Assembly (NCBI GenBank): GCA_021785175.1
Contig: JAJYGH010000081.1
Coordinates: 40,245 to 104,244, forward strand
Direction of reading: 5' to 3'
DNA: 64,000 nt
DNA from: Chloroflexota bacterium
GTDB lineage: Bacteria > Chloroflexota > Limnocylindria > Limnocylindrales > CSP1-4
Under the pieces are notes generated by a model that was given only the letters and a program-made list of their open reading frames with translations, had not been told where the DNA came from and ran no database searches. Each line of letters starts with the position of its first letter. The stretch's first letter is position 1. This document shows, in pieces, positions 53,272 through 63,403 of the stretch. Both the position numbers and the translations under genes were made by a program.

Positions 53272-54768
53272 TCACCGCCTCAGGCCCTCGCCGGCCGGGG
53301 GACCTCCCGCGATCTCGTCGAGGATCATCCGCCGGAGCACCCGGCCCACCACGTGGCGCCGGTACTCCGCGGTCGACCGGACGTCGTCGATCGGCGTGAT
53401 CTCCGTGACGACGAGCCGCGCCGCCTCCCCGGCAAGTGTCGCCGACGGCCGCGCTCCCTCGAGCAGCCCCTCCGTCCGCGGCGCCCGGATGACGCGCTCC
53501 GCCACCGCCCCGAGCGCCACCCGCACGTCCCGCCACGCGCCGTCCTCGCCGGCACGCCACGACAGCGCGACCGATGCCTTCGCGATCGACTGCGCCCGGC
53601 GCGTCCCGACCTTGCGGTACCGCGTGGGCCGGCCGGCCGGCAGCGGCACGCGGATCCGTGTCACGAGCTCGTCCTTCGCGAGCGCCGTGCGGCGGTAGCC
53701 GGTCCAGAACCCGGAGGCGCGGATCGGCCGCGTGCCCCGGACGCTCGCCGCCACGATCACCGCGTCGGTGGCGAGCAGGAGCGGCAGCGTGTCGCCGGCG
53801 GGCGAGGCGTTCACGACGTTGCCCCCGATCGTGCCCCTGTTCTGGATCTGCGCGGCGCCGACCGTGGCGGCCATCGCCCCGAACGCGGGCAGGTGCTCCT
53901 GGACGATCGGCGACGACCGGAGATCGGCGTACGTGGTGAGCGCGCCGATCTCGAGGTACGGGGTCCCGGAGGCGTCCTCCGCCGCCACGACCGCGATCCC
54001 GCGCAGCTCGTCGAGCGACCACAGGTCGAGCAGCGGCACGCTCGAGTCCGCCACCCCGGCCTCGAGGGCGACCATGAGGTCGGTGCCCCCGGCCAGCGGC
54101 CGGTGCGCGTCCCGGGCCAGCGCCTCGAGTGCCTCGTCCAGCGTCCGCGGCCGAACGACGTTCGGGCGTGCCGGATCGACGGCCGGCGGGATGGGTGCCC
54201 GCTGTGGAGCGAGGCCGGGCATGGCCTGCACGACGGCGCGGGATCCGGCGACGTCCGGCGCCGGCGCGGCGGCGACGGACACGTCGAGGGCCTCGCCGTC
54301 CTCCGCCGCCACCCGGATCGCCTCGACGATCTTCGTGTACCCCGTGCAGCGGCAGATGTTGCCGGCGATCGCCTCGCGGACGTTCTCGTCCGAGGGCTTC
54401 CGGCCCGACCCAAGGAACGCGGCCGCCGACGCGAGCATCCCCGGCGTGCAGAAACCGCACTGCACCGCGCCAGAGCGGAGGAATGCGTCTCGGAGCAGGC
54501 CCAGCCGTGCGTCCTCGGAGAGGGCCTCGACCGTCCGGACGTCGCATCCCTCGACCTGGTCGATCGGTACCAGGCAGCTGTTCACGACGCGACCGTCGAG
54601 CAGCACCGAGCACGCCCCGCACTCGCCCTCTCCGCAGCCCTCCTTGGTGCCGGTCAGGCCCAGGTCGTCGCGCAGGACGTCGAGCAGCCGGCGGCTGCCT
54701 GGGCCCTCCGCCCCGACCGGGATGCCGTTGACGGCGAAGCGCACGCGGGTGCCGATCGAGAGCGTCAT
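53272..54768 (-). CDS. Fused [2Fe-2S] + FAD-binding subunit of a xanthine dehydrogenase-family enzyme (CoxS-CoxM fusion)
   Basis: GTKEGCGEGECGAC, QCGFCTPG, CRCTGY, then AGGTDL, QIQNRGTIGGN, PIDDVRSTAEYR. Confidence 0.92.
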   Translation of the reverse strand: MTLSIGTRVRFAVNGIPVGAEGPGSRRLLDVLRDDLGLTGTKEGCGEGECGACSVLLDGRVVNSCLVPIDQVEGCDVRTVEALSEDARLGLLRDAFLRSGAVQCGFCTPGMLASAAAFLGSGRKPSDENVREAIAGNICRCTGYTKIVEAIRVAAEDGEALDVSVAAAPAPDVAGSRAVVQAMPGLAPQRAPIPPAVDPARPNVVRPRTLDEALEALARDAHRPLAGGTDLMVALEAGVADSSVPLLDLWSLDELRGIAVVAAEDASGTPYLEIGALTTYADLRSSPIVQEHLPAFGAMAATVGAAQIQNRGTIGGNVVNASPAGDTLPLLLATDAVIVAASVRGTRPIRASGFWTGYRRTALAKDELVTRIRVPLPAGRPTRYRKVGTRRAQSIAKASVALSWRAGEDGAWRDVRVALGAVAERVIRAPRTEGLLEGARPSATLAGEAARLVVTEITPIDDVRSTAEYRRHVVGRVLRRMILDEIAGGPPAGEGLRR

Positions 54769-57173
54769 CGCACCGCCTCCTCGGTGGCCTCGGGATCGGC
54801 CGCCGTCCGCTCGCTCACCTCGTGCTCCTTCGATTGCAGGGCGCCCAGGATCCGCTCGGGGGACGCCGGCAGGTCGTGGATCCACGCACCGGTCGCGTCG
54901 TGGATCGCGGCGACGACCGCCGCCGCTGGCACGTCCATTGGTATCTCGCCGAGCCCCTTCGCACGATGCGGCGCCCCCGCGAACGGCTCCTCGACCAGGA
55001 TCGCGTCGATCCGCGGCGCGTCGAGCGCGGTCGGGACGATGTACGTGGCGAGCCGGTCGTTCAGCAGACGGCCGCCCTCGACCCGCGCCTCCTCGATCGT
55101 CGCGTACCCGACGCCCTGGAGCGTGCCCCCCTCGATCTGGCCGGTCGCGAGCAGGGGGTTGACGGTCCGGCCCACGTCGTCGACCGACACGATGCGCCGC
55201 ACCGCCACCTCGCCCGTGTCGAGGTCGACGTCGACCTCCGCGACCGCGGCGGCCCAGCCGTACGCCGGGTACGCGTCCCCGAGATGCGTCGCGTCGTCCC
55301 ACTCGACGCCGGGGTAGCCGGCGAACCGCTCGACGATCCTCGTCGGGCCGTTGGCGTGCGCGTCCTCCGCGTACGACGCCGCGAACGGCCGCTCGGTGCG
55401 CTCCTCGACCTCGGCCCGCAGGCGCCGCGCCGCGGTCACGAGCAGGCCGCCGACCACCATCGTCGTCCGGCTCGCCACCGTCGGGCCGCTGTTCGGCACG
55501 ATCGAGGTGTCCGTCTCCGCGACCTCGACGAGCTCGAACCCGACCCCGAGCTCCTCCGCCACCAGCTGCGCGAGCACCGTCCGTGCGCCCTGCCCGATCT
55601 CGGTCGAGTCGGTCGCCAGCACGATCCGGCCATCCGCGGTGACCTCGACCCGCACGACGCTCGCGAGGTGCTCCTCGCCCGAGCCCGTGAACCCCGCCCC
55701 GTGCCAGGCCATCGCGACCCCGATCCCGTGGGCCGGATGCTCACGCTCCGCCTCGTCACGCCCCCGGGGGTGGTCCGCGCGCCCCCCGTCCCCCACGGCG
55801 CGGTCGTCCGCGGCCCGCCGCGCCCGCGCCTGCGCCGTGGCCGCGCGTGCCTCCTCGAACCCGCTCGCCTCCACGGCGCGCTCGAGCACGCTCCGTGCCG
55901 CCACGCTCTCGCGCAGCACCTGCCCCGTCGCGGTCACGTCTCCGATGCCGTATGCCCAGCGCCGGCGCAGCTCGGCAGGGGACAGCCCGAGGGCCTCGGC
56001 CGCCCGGTTCGCCTGCATCTCCGCGGCGAACTCCGTCTGCGGTGCCCCAAAGCCGCGGAACGCGCCGCTCGGGGGCGTGTGGGTCATGACCGCCCGCGTG
56101 CGGATCCGTACGTTGGGGCACGCGTACGGGCCGCCGGCGTGGATCGTGCCGCGGGACAGCACGACGCCGGACAGCGTCGCGTACGCCCCGCCGTCCATGA
56201 CGACGTCGATGTCCTGCGCGACCAGCCGCCCGTCGCGCGTCACGCCCCAGCGGTGCCGCAGGACGGCGGGGTGCCGTTTCGTCGTCGCGACCAGGTCCTC
56301 GTGCCGGCCGAAGATCATCCGGACGGGGTGGCCCGACTTGATCGCGAGCAGGGCGGCCTGGATCGCGAGGCCCGACGGGAACTCCTCCTTGCCGCCGAAC
56401 CCGCCGCCGGTCTCTGACTGGATCACCGACAGGCGCGCGTCATCCAGCGCGAGCGCGCGCCGCATCGCCGCGTGGACGTAGTACGGGCACTGCAGCGATC
56501 CGTGGACGGTGACGCCGCCATCCTCGCGCGGGACCGCGAGCATGCCCTGCGTCTCGAGGTACAGCTGCTCCTGCCGCCCCACGGTGTAGGTGCCCTCGAT
56601 GACCAGGTCGGCCGCCGCGAACCCCGCCTCGAGGTCGCCCTTCGCGATCTCGTACCGGGCGAACGCGACGTCGGACGCGAGCGGGTCGAGGACCGGCGGG
56701 AGCGGCTCGGTGCGGAGACGGACCCGGTCGCGCGCCGCCTCCGCGGTCGGCAGGTCGGGCGCCGCGATCAGCGCGACGGGCTCGCCGACGTGCCGGATCT
56801 CGTCGATCGCCAGCACGGGCTGGTCGTCGACCGCGAACTGGACGACGTTGTCGCCGGGAACGTCGTTCGCGGTCAGGACCACCACCTGCGACCAGTCGAA
56901 CGCCGGGTCGAGGTCGATGCCCAGCAGCCGGGCGTGCGGCTCGGTCGCGCGCACGATGACCCCGTGCCACGCGCCAGGGAGGTCGAGATCGGCCACGTAC
57001 CGCGCGCGCCCGGTGAGCTTCGCGAGCGCGTCGCGTCGCGGCACGGAGCGCCCGACGATCGCGCCGGCGAGGGGGGAACGGGGCTCGTCCGGGGCCTGCA
57101 CGGTCCGGAGCGAGGCTTCAGCGGGGCGCTCGACCGCTGCGCGTGGCGACACGCGCTCTCCGATGGTAGGCAT
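54765..57173 (-). CDS. Xanthine dehydrogenase-family molybdopterin-binding subunit
   Basis: KLTGRARYVADL, GGGFGGK, FRGFGAPQ, EIGQG, TVASR, GQIEGG, KGLGE. Confidence 0.93.
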   Translation of the reverse strand: MPTIGERVSPRAAVERPAEASLRTVQAPDEPRSPLAGAIVGRSVPRRDALAKLTGRARYVADLDLPGAWHGVIVRATEPHARLLGIDLDPAFDWSQVVVLTANDVPGDNVVQFAVDDQPVLAIDEIRHVGEPVALIAAPDLPTAEAARDRVRLRTEPLPPVLDPLASDVAFARYEIAKGDLEAGFAAADLVIEGTYTVGRQEQLYLETQGMLAVPREDGGVTVHGSLQCPYYVHAAMRRALALDDARLSVIQSETGGGFGGKEEFPSGLAIQAALLAIKSGHPVRMIFGRHEDLVATTKRHPAVLRHRWGVTRDGRLVAQDIDVVMDGGAYATLSGVVLSRGTIHAGGPYACPNVRIRTRAVMTHTPPSGAFRGFGAPQTEFAAEMQANRAAEALGLSPAELRRRWAYGIGDVTATGQVLRESVAARSVLERAVEASGFEEARAATAQARARRAADDRAVGDGGRADHPRGRDEAEREHPAHGIGVAMAWHGAGFTGSGEEHLASVVRVEVTADGRIVLATDSTEIGQGARTVLAQLVAEELGVGFELVEVAETDTSIVPNSGPTVASRTTMVVGGLLVTAARRLRAEVEERTERPFAASYAEDAHANGPTRIVERFAGYPGVEWDDATHLGDAYPAYGWAAAVAEVDVDLDTGEVAVRRIVSVDDVGRTVNPLLATGQIEGGTLQGVGYATIEEARVEGGRLLNDRLATYIVPTALDAPRIDAILVEEPFAGAPHRAKGLGEIPMDVPAAAVVAAIHDATGAWIHDLPASPERILGALQSKEHEVSERTAADPEATEEAVR

Positions 57174-57476
57174 GGCGGGACGATGCCGCGGCGCGCGGAT
57201 GCGGGTCAGGGCCGGTTGGCATCGTGTCGGCGGGACGCATCGCCCGTCGCGCCCCGCTCCATCGAGCGATGCGGCGTGCTCGGCGAGCGCAGCCGGCGCC
57301 GCTGTCTGCCAGATTCCCGTCCCGCGTCGACTACGCATGCCCGGGCCGCAGAGCGGCGCCTTCGACCAGGCGACCTGCCACCGGTTCGTGCGGAAGCGGG
57401 CGGAAGCGGGCGGACGCGACGGCGACACACCGCGTCCGACGGCTCCCTCCAGGTCGTCCGGGAGCCCGGGAGCGTG

Positions 57477-57588
57477 CGTAACCGACACCCGGCGGGAATC
57501 TGGCACACCCGCACCCCACCCGAGCTCGTGGCAGGACGTGGGTGGGTGCGACGTGGCTCGTAACCGACATGCGGCGGGAATCTGGCAC
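57477..57588. repeat. 30-bp direct repeat x2 (82-bp period), with an inverted partial copy at 57307-57319
   Basis: cgtaaccgaca(ccc/tgc)ggcgggaatctggcac at 57477-57506 and 57559-57588; tgccagattcccg upstream. Confidence 0.85.
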
Positions 57589-57735
57589 GAATGGGGCGCC
57601 GGGACGTGGAGGCGCGGTGACGGCTGCGCAGTACGCAGGCGCCGCGCGCGGATGCCCACGAGATGCGCCGGCGGCCGGCCGGAATGGAGGCCCGGAATGG
57701 AGGCCCGCGGCCAGTCGGTGCTACCGTGCGGAGCG

Positions 57736-58890
57736 GTGGACCTCGAACTGCCCCAGGAGCACCGGCTCCTGCAGGAGACGATCCGCGAGTTCTGCGACCG
57801 GGAGGTCGAGCCGGTCGTGGCCGACCACGAGCGCGCGCGCCGGTTCCCTGCAGATCTCGTGCGCCGGATCGGCGAGATGGGCTGGCTCGGCATCCCGTAC
57901 CCCGAGTCCGAGGGCGGCGCCGGGATGGACACGCTCGCGTACGCCGTGGCCGTCGAGGAGATCGCGCGCACGTGGGGCTCGCTCGCCCTGATCGTCGCCG
58001 CGCACACGAGCCTCGGTTCGGCGCCGATCCACCTGTTCGGCACGCCCGAGCAGAAGGCGCGGTTCCTCGTGCCGCTCGCCTCGGGCCGCGTGATCGGCGC
58101 GTACGGCCTGACCGAGCCCGATGCCGGGAGCGACGCGGGCGCCACGCGGACGACGGCGCGGCGCGCGGGCGGCGAGTGGGTCATCGACGGCGGCAAGCGC
58201 TTCATCACGAACGCGGGGCAGGCGGGCACGTATGTGGTCGCGGCACGCACCGGCATGCGATCGGACGGTTCGGCGGAGGTGAGCGCGTTCATCGTCCCCG
58301 CCGACGCGCCCGGATTCTCCGTCGGGCGGCTCGAGGAGAAGATGGGGCTCCACGCCTCGGCGACGGGGGAGCTGCAGTTCGAGGGTTGCCGGATCCCGGC
58401 GGAGAACCTGCTCGGCGAAGAAGGGCAGGGGTTCCCGATCTTCCTGAAGACCCTCGACGGCGGCCGGATCTCCATCGCCGCGATGGCGCTGGGGCTCGCC
58501 CAGGCCGCGCTCGACGCCTCGATCGCGTACTCGCGCGAGCGCAAGCAGTTCGGGCGCCCCATCGGGTCGTTCGAGGGCGTCGCGTTCATGGTGGCCGACA
58601 TGGCGACGGAGGTCGCCGCCGCGCGCGCGTTGGTGCACCGGGCGGCGTGGCTCAAGGATCGCGGCCGCTCGTACCGGCTCGAGGCGGCGCAGGCGAAGCT
58701 CTACGCGTCCGAGGTCGCGTCCCGGGCGGCGAACGCCGCCGTCCAGATCCACGGCGGGTACGGGTACGTCGAGGAGTACCGCGTCGAGCGCTACCTGCGG
58801 GACGCGAAGCTCACGGAGATCGGCGAGGGCACCAGCCAGATCCAGCGGCTGGTCATCGGCAGGGAGATCCTGGGCCTGCGTGTCCGGTAG
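57736..58890 (+). CDS. Acyl-CoA dehydrogenase (short/branched-chain; isovaleryl-CoA-like by context)
   Basis: GLTEPDAGSDA, GGKRFITN, KMGLHAS, RKQFG, HGGYGY, EIGEGTSQIQR. Confidence 0.94.
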   Translation: MDLELPQEHRLLQETIREFCDREVEPVVADHERARRFPADLVRRIGEMGWLGIPYPESEGGAGMDTLAYAVAVEEIARTWGSLALIVAAHTSLGSAPIHLFGTPEQKARFLVPLASGRVIGAYGLTEPDAGSDAGATRTTARRAGGEWVIDGGKRFITNAGQAGTYVVAARTGMRSDGSAEVSAFIVPADAPGFSVGRLEEKMGLHASATGELQFEGCRIPAENLLGEEGQGFPIFLKTLDGGRISIAAMALGLAQAALDASIAYSRERKQFGRPIGSFEGVAFMVADMATEVAAARALVHRAAWLKDRGRSYRLEAAQAKLYASEVASRAANAAVQIHGGYGYVEEYRVERYLRDAKLTEIGEGTSQIQRLVIGREILGLRVR

Positions 58891-58922
58891 CCCCGCGCAC
58901 CCGCAACGACTACGATTCGGGC

Positions 58923-59360
58923 GTGGATCGCCTCGGCCGCCATGTCACGCTGCGCGACGTCCCGCTCTGGCTGGCCGTCGTCGGCCTCGCGTTCCTCGCG
59001 CTCAGCGGAGTCGTGTCGTCCCTCCACGACCCGAGCCTGGCGCCCATCGTCGCGATCGTCGTCGCCGTCTCGATCGTCCTCACGTTCGGCGGTCGCGTGG
59101 TTGTCCGCCGTCTCCGGTACAACCGGATCACGCGGGTCGTCGTGGCGATGTTCGCGTTCGCGGCGGTCGTCATCCTCCTGCCGCTGACATGGGTGCTGCT
59201 GCCCGCCTCGCTCACGCTGCTCGCGATCGAGATGATGGCCCCGCCGCCGATCGGAGCGCGGCCGGCGGGGGCGGCCGCACCCGCCGCCGATCGGAGCGCC
59301 GCAGGGCCGCGCCCGGACACCGATGGCTTCGACTGGCCGGAGGAGCCGAAGGCGACGTAG
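58923..59360 (+). CDS. Small membrane hypothetical protein (about 4 TM)
   Basis: Hydrophobic segments; TACGAT box 6 nt before GTG. Confidence 0.7.
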   Translation: MDRLGRHVTLRDVPLWLAVVGLAFLALSGVVSSLHDPSLAPIVAIVVAVSIVLTFGGRVVVRRLRYNRITRVVVAMFAFAAVVILLPLTWVLLPASLTLLAIEMMAPPPIGARPAGAAAPAADRSAAGPRPDTDGFDWPEEPKAT

Positions 59361-59391
59361 TCGTCGCACCGTGCTCGTGCCTCGTTCGCGC

Positions 59392-59460
59392 CCACGAGCG
59401 GCATGCCACCGGCCCGACCCGCGGCCGCCACGAGCGGCATGCCACCGGCCCGACCCGCGG
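59392..59460. repeat. 33-bp perfect direct repeat x2 between convergent genes
   Basis: ccacgagcggcatgccaccggcccgacccgcgg at 59392 and 59428. Confidence 0.9.
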
Positions 59461-59473
59461 GCCCCCCGCCGGC

Positions 59474-60526
59474 CTAGCCAGTCGCGCGGCCCGTCTCGGG
59501 GTCCCAGCCGCCCGCCTGCCCCACTTTGGACGAGAGCGGCCGCCCGAGCCGCTCGCCGATGAAGCGCGCCGCCGCGAGCACGCCGCGCAGGTCGACGCCG
59601 TGCTGCATGCCGAGGCCGTCGAGCAGGTAGACCAGGTCCTCGGTGGCGAGGTTCCCCGCCGCTCCCGGCGCGTAGGGGCAGCCGCCCGTCCCGCCCGTGG
59701 ACGCATCGAAGCAGCGGACTCCGGCTTCGAGCCCGGCGACGACGTTCGCGAGCGCCGTGCCGCGCGTGTCGTGCAAGTGCAGCGCGAGCCGCTGGACCGG
59801 TATCCCGGACTCGAACGCCCGAGCGAGGAGGTCGCGCACCCCGGACGGCACCGCGACGCCGATCGTGTCGCCGAAGCAGACCTCGTCGACGCCGAGGTCG
59901 AGCAGCCGAAGGCCGACGCGGACGGCGCGCTCGGGCACGACCGCGCCGGTGTACGGGCATCCGAACGCGGTCGAGACGTACCCGCGGCGCCACCAGCCGA
60001 GGGTGGCTGCCCTCTGGAGCACTGGCGCGAACGCTTCGAGTGACTCGTCCACGGTCATGCCGATGTTGTGCCGGGTGAACTCGTCCGTGGCGGCCGTGAA
60101 CACGGCGATGCCGTCCACGCCTGCGGCCTCCGCGCGCTCGAGCCCCCGCACGTTCGGGACGAGGACGGGATACCGGACGCCCGGACGGCGCGGCAGCGAG
60201 GAGAGGAGCTCATCGGCGTCGGAGAGCTGCGGTACGGCGCGCGGCGACACGAAGCTCGTCGCCTCGATCTCGCGCAGCCCCGCGTCCACGAGCAGCTCGA
60301 TGAACCGGCGCTTGTCGTCGGTGGCGATCGGGCGTGCCTCGTTCTGGAGGCCGTCACGCGGCCCGACCTCGTAGATCCGGACGTGCTCACCCGCCACCAC
60401 CCCGCCCGTCGTGCTGCCGGCCTCGGCACCCGCCGCGCCCCCCCGACGGCCCGCCCCGGTCGGACGAGCGACCCTGCTCGGCTTGCCCGGTCGCCCGCCC
60501 GCCTCCGTCTGCGCGTCGTCGGTCAT
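59474..60526 (-). CDS. hmgL: Hydroxymethylglutaryl-CoA lyase
   Basis: EVGPRDGLQNE, SFVSPRAVPQ, GDTIG, HLHDTRG, GGCPYAPGAAGNLATED. Confidence 0.95.
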   Translation of the reverse strand: MTDDAQTEAGGRPGKPSRVARPTGAGRRGGAAGAEAGSTTGGVVAGEHVRIYEVGPRDGLQNEARPIATDDKRRFIELLVDAGLREIEATSFVSPRAVPQLSDADELLSSLPRRPGVRYPVLVPNVRGLERAEAAGVDGIAVFTAATDEFTRHNIGMTVDESLEAFAPVLQRAATLGWWRRGYVSTAFGCPYTGAVVPERAVRVGLRLLDLGVDEVCFGDTIGVAVPSGVRDLLARAFESGIPVQRLALHLHDTRGTALANVVAGLEAGVRCFDASTGGTGGCPYAPGAAGNLATEDLVYLLDGLGMQHGVDLRGVLAAARFIGERLGRPLSSKVGQAGGWDPETGRATG

Positions 60527-60551
60527 GCGGGCATCCTCGCCGCTGCGGCGT

Positions 60552-62432
60552 TCACCCCGGTTGTCCCTCGGTGGCCTCGCCATCGCGGCCGCCGATCACC
60601 GCGAGTACCTGCCCGGCGCCGACCTGCTCGTCGACGCGGACGAGGACCGCGTCCACGACGCCGCCGCGCGGCGCGGAAACGGCGTGCTCCATCTTCATCG
60701 CCTCGAGTGTCACCACGGGGTCTCCGGCGGCGACGGCGGCGCCGGGGCTGGCATGGACCGCGAGCACGCGGCCGGGCATCGGCGCGCGGACCTGCGCCGA
60801 CACCCCCGAGTGGCCGGCGGCCTCGCGCGCCGCGCGGTCCACGTCGGGAGCGGGCGCCAGGCGGAACGGCGTGCTCCGTCCCTCCACGTCGACATGGACC
60901 GTGTCGCCGTCGACGACCGCCATGAGGACGCCCGCCTCCGGATCCTCGACCCGCAGCGGGAGCCGGACGGTCCGCTGCTCGTCGCCGGTCTGCAGCCGCG
61001 CCGTGGCCAGGCCGTCGACGCGCCACCCCCCGCGCCATGGATCGGTGGCTGGCGTGGCGATGAGTTCCCTCGCCGCGCGTCGCCACGCAGCCTCCGGAAC
61101 GGAAGGCAGCTCCCAGCCGCCGGGCGGTGGCCAGTGCCCGTCGATCGTGTTCGTCCCCGCGCGGCCCTCGCGGACGACCGGCGCGCGCACGAGCCAGCGC
61201 AGGAAGCGCAGGTTCGTCGTGAGCCCGAGCACGACGGTCTCGTCGAGCGCATCGGCCAGCAGCTCGAGCGCGGCATCGCGCGTCGGCGCGCACGCCGCGA
61301 CCTTCGCCAGCATCGGGTCGAACCGTCCCGTGACCTCGTCGCCCGGCGCGATCCCGGTCTCCACGCGCACGCACGGCGCCTCGGGCCATCGAGCCGCCAC
61401 GACATGCCCGGTCGCCGGCAGGAAACCAGCGGCCGGATCCTCGGCGTAGAGCCGGACCTCGATCGCGTGTCCGTCGAACCGGACGTCCGCCTGCTCGAAG
61501 CCGAGCGGGTCGCCGGCCGCGACCCGGAGCTGGTCCGCGACGAGGTCCCGGCCGGTGACGAGCTCGGTGACCGGGTGCTCGACCTGAAGCCGCGTGTTCA
61601 TCTCCAGGAACCACCACCCGTCGTCCCCGACGAGGAACTCGCACGTGCCCGCCGAGACGTACCCGACCGATCCGGCGAGCCGCAGCGCGGCCGCCGCGAG
61701 CGCCTCGCGAACGGCGGGATCGAGGTTCGGCGCGGGCGTCTCCTCGAGCACCTTCTGATAGCGCCGCTGGAGCGAGCAGTCGCGCTCGCCGAGGTGGACC
61801 CCGTGCCCGAGCGCGTCGAACAGCACCTGCACCTCGACATGCCTGCCCGCGGTCACGTGCCGTTCGAGCAGCAGCCGGTCGTCCCCGAACGCGGCTCCCG
61901 CCTCCCGTCTCGCGGCGGTGATCGCGTGCGAGAGCGTCCCGGCGTCGACCGCGACCCGCATGCCCTTGCCGCCGCCCCCGCCGGCGGGCTTGACGAGCAC
62001 CGGATAGCCGATCGCGCCCGCGGCCGCCAGCAGCGTTTCGTCCGACTGGTCGTCGCCGTCGTACCCGGGCAGCACGGGGATCGCGAGCGAGGCGGCGAGG
62101 CGGCGCGCGGATGCCTTGTCGCCCATGCGTCGCATCGCGCCGGGCGGCGGCCCGACCCAGCGGAGACCGGCGTCGAGCACGGCCTCGGCGAACGACGCCT
62201 GCTCCGAGAGGAACCCGTAGCCGGGGTGCACGGCGTCGGCGCCCACGCGGACCGCGGCGGCGACGACCGCGGGCCGGTCCAGCAGGTCGAGGTCGGGATC
62301 GAGGTCGCGGTGCGGGATCACCACGGCGATGCCGAGTCGCCGGCACGTCCGCTCGATGCGCACAGCGATCTCGCCGCGGTTGGCGACGAAGAGGACGCGG
62401 ATCGGACCCGGGCCGGCCCGGAGGCTCGTCAC
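60552..62432 (-). CDS. Biotin carboxylase/BCCP alpha subunit of methylcrotonyl-CoA (acyl-CoA) carboxylase
   Basis: ANRGEIA, HPGYGFLSE, GGGGKGMR, RDCSLQRR, EMNTRLQVEH, EAMKM. Confidence 0.93.
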   Translation of the reverse strand: MTSLRAGPGPIRVLFVANRGEIAVRIERTCRRLGIAVVIPHRDLDPDLDLLDRPAVVAAAVRVGADAVHPGYGFLSEQASFAEAVLDAGLRWVGPPPGAMRRMGDKASARRLAASLAIPVLPGYDGDDQSDETLLAAAGAIGYPVLVKPAGGGGGKGMRVAVDAGTLSHAITAARREAGAAFGDDRLLLERHVTAGRHVEVQVLFDALGHGVHLGERDCSLQRRYQKVLEETPAPNLDPAVREALAAAALRLAGSVGYVSAGTCEFLVGDDGWWFLEMNTRLQVEHPVTELVTGRDLVADQLRVAAGDPLGFEQADVRFDGHAIEVRLYAEDPAAGFLPATGHVVAARWPEAPCVRVETGIAPGDEVTGRFDPMLAKVAACAPTRDAALELLADALDETVVLGLTTNLRFLRWLVRAPVVREGRAGTNTIDGHWPPPGGWELPSVPEAAWRRAARELIATPATDPWRGGWRVDGLATARLQTGDEQRTVRLPLRVEDPEAGVLMAVVDGDTVHVDVEGRSTPFRLAPAPDVDRAAREAAGHSGVSAQVRAPMPGRVLAVHASPGAAVAAGDPVVTLEAMKMEHAVSAPRGGVVDAVLVRVDEQVGAGQVLAVIGGRDGEATEGQPG

Positions 62433-62496
62433 GCCCGCATCCTAGTCCCGGGCCCCGATCGCTGCGTCCGGATGCGAGGGGCCGTACCCTGCCGCG

Positions 62497-63378
62497 ATGA
62501 TCCTCGGCATCGACCACCTCGTCATCGCGGTCGCCGATCTCGAGGCGGCCTCCGAGGAACTCTCCGCCGGTCTCGGGCTCGAGGTCGTCGAGGGCGGCCG
62601 CCACCTCACGCTCGGGACCCGGAACGCGCTGTGCTGGCTCGGCGATTCGTACCTCGAGTTGCTCGCAGTGACGGACCCCGCGCTCGCCGCGCGGTCGTGG
62701 ATCGGCGCGCCTGCGCTCGCGACGCTGGCCCTCGGCGGCGGCCTCGCCACGTACGCGCTCGCGTCCGACGACCTCGGCGGCGACATCCGGCGGCTCCGGT
62801 CGGCCGGCTCGAACGTCATCGGGCCGCTGCCCGGCGAGCGGCTCCGGCCCGATGGCCAGGCGGAGCGATGGCTGCTGGCGCTCCTGCCGGAGCTGGCGCC
62901 AGATCGCCCGCCGTTCCTCATCGAGCACCTCCCCGGAAGCCCCGAGTGGCGCCCGGACGCGCGCCGCCATCGGGAGGAGGGCGGCCATCGTGGCGGCCGC
63001 GTGCGCCTCCGGCGGCTCGAGATCCCGGTCGCCGATCCCGAGGCGGTCGCGGAGGCGTATCGGAGGGAGCTGGCGCTGCAGCCCGAACCGCGCGGGCTGC
63101 CCTCACCCGGCATGGCGGCGCCTTCTCGCCCGGAACCGTCCTCGCCACCCCCGCCCTCGCCGGGGACGCCTGCGCAGCCGTCGCAGGTCCGGGGCTTCAG
63201 TGCCGGCCGCCAGTCGGTCGTGCTGACATCCCCGATCGGCCAAGGTGGCGTGGACCCGTGGCCGGCCCACCTGCGCCGGCCGCCGGCGACCGTCGTGCTC
63301 TCGTCCGACGCCGGAACGGACCGCGAGCTCGAGCTGCTCGGCTGCCGGTTCGTCGTCGAGCGCGCGGAGATCGGCTGA
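62497..63378 (+). CDS. VOC / glyoxalase-like family protein
   Basis: GIDHLVIAVADL, GGRH..GTRN, YLELL, PFLIE. Confidence 0.85.
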   Translation: MILGIDHLVIAVADLEAASEELSAGLGLEVVEGGRHLTLGTRNALCWLGDSYLELLAVTDPALAARSWIGAPALATLALGGGLATYALASDDLGGDIRRLRSAGSNVIGPLPGERLRPDGQAERWLLALLPELAPDRPPFLIEHLPGSPEWRPDARRHREEGGHRGGRVRLRRLEIPVADPEAVAEAYRRELALQPEPRGLPSPGMAAPSRPEPSSPPPPSPGTPAQPSQVRGFSAGRQSVVLTSPIGQGGVDPWPAHLRRPPATVVLSSDAGTDRELELLGCRFVVERAEIG

Positions 63379-63403
63379 GCCGGGCCGCCGACGCCCCCCG
63401 CGC

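Noticed and set aside
57477-57588. 30-bp repeats as a mini CRISPR array
   Set aside because: Only two imperfect copies, a 52-bp self-complementary spacer, and no cas genes.
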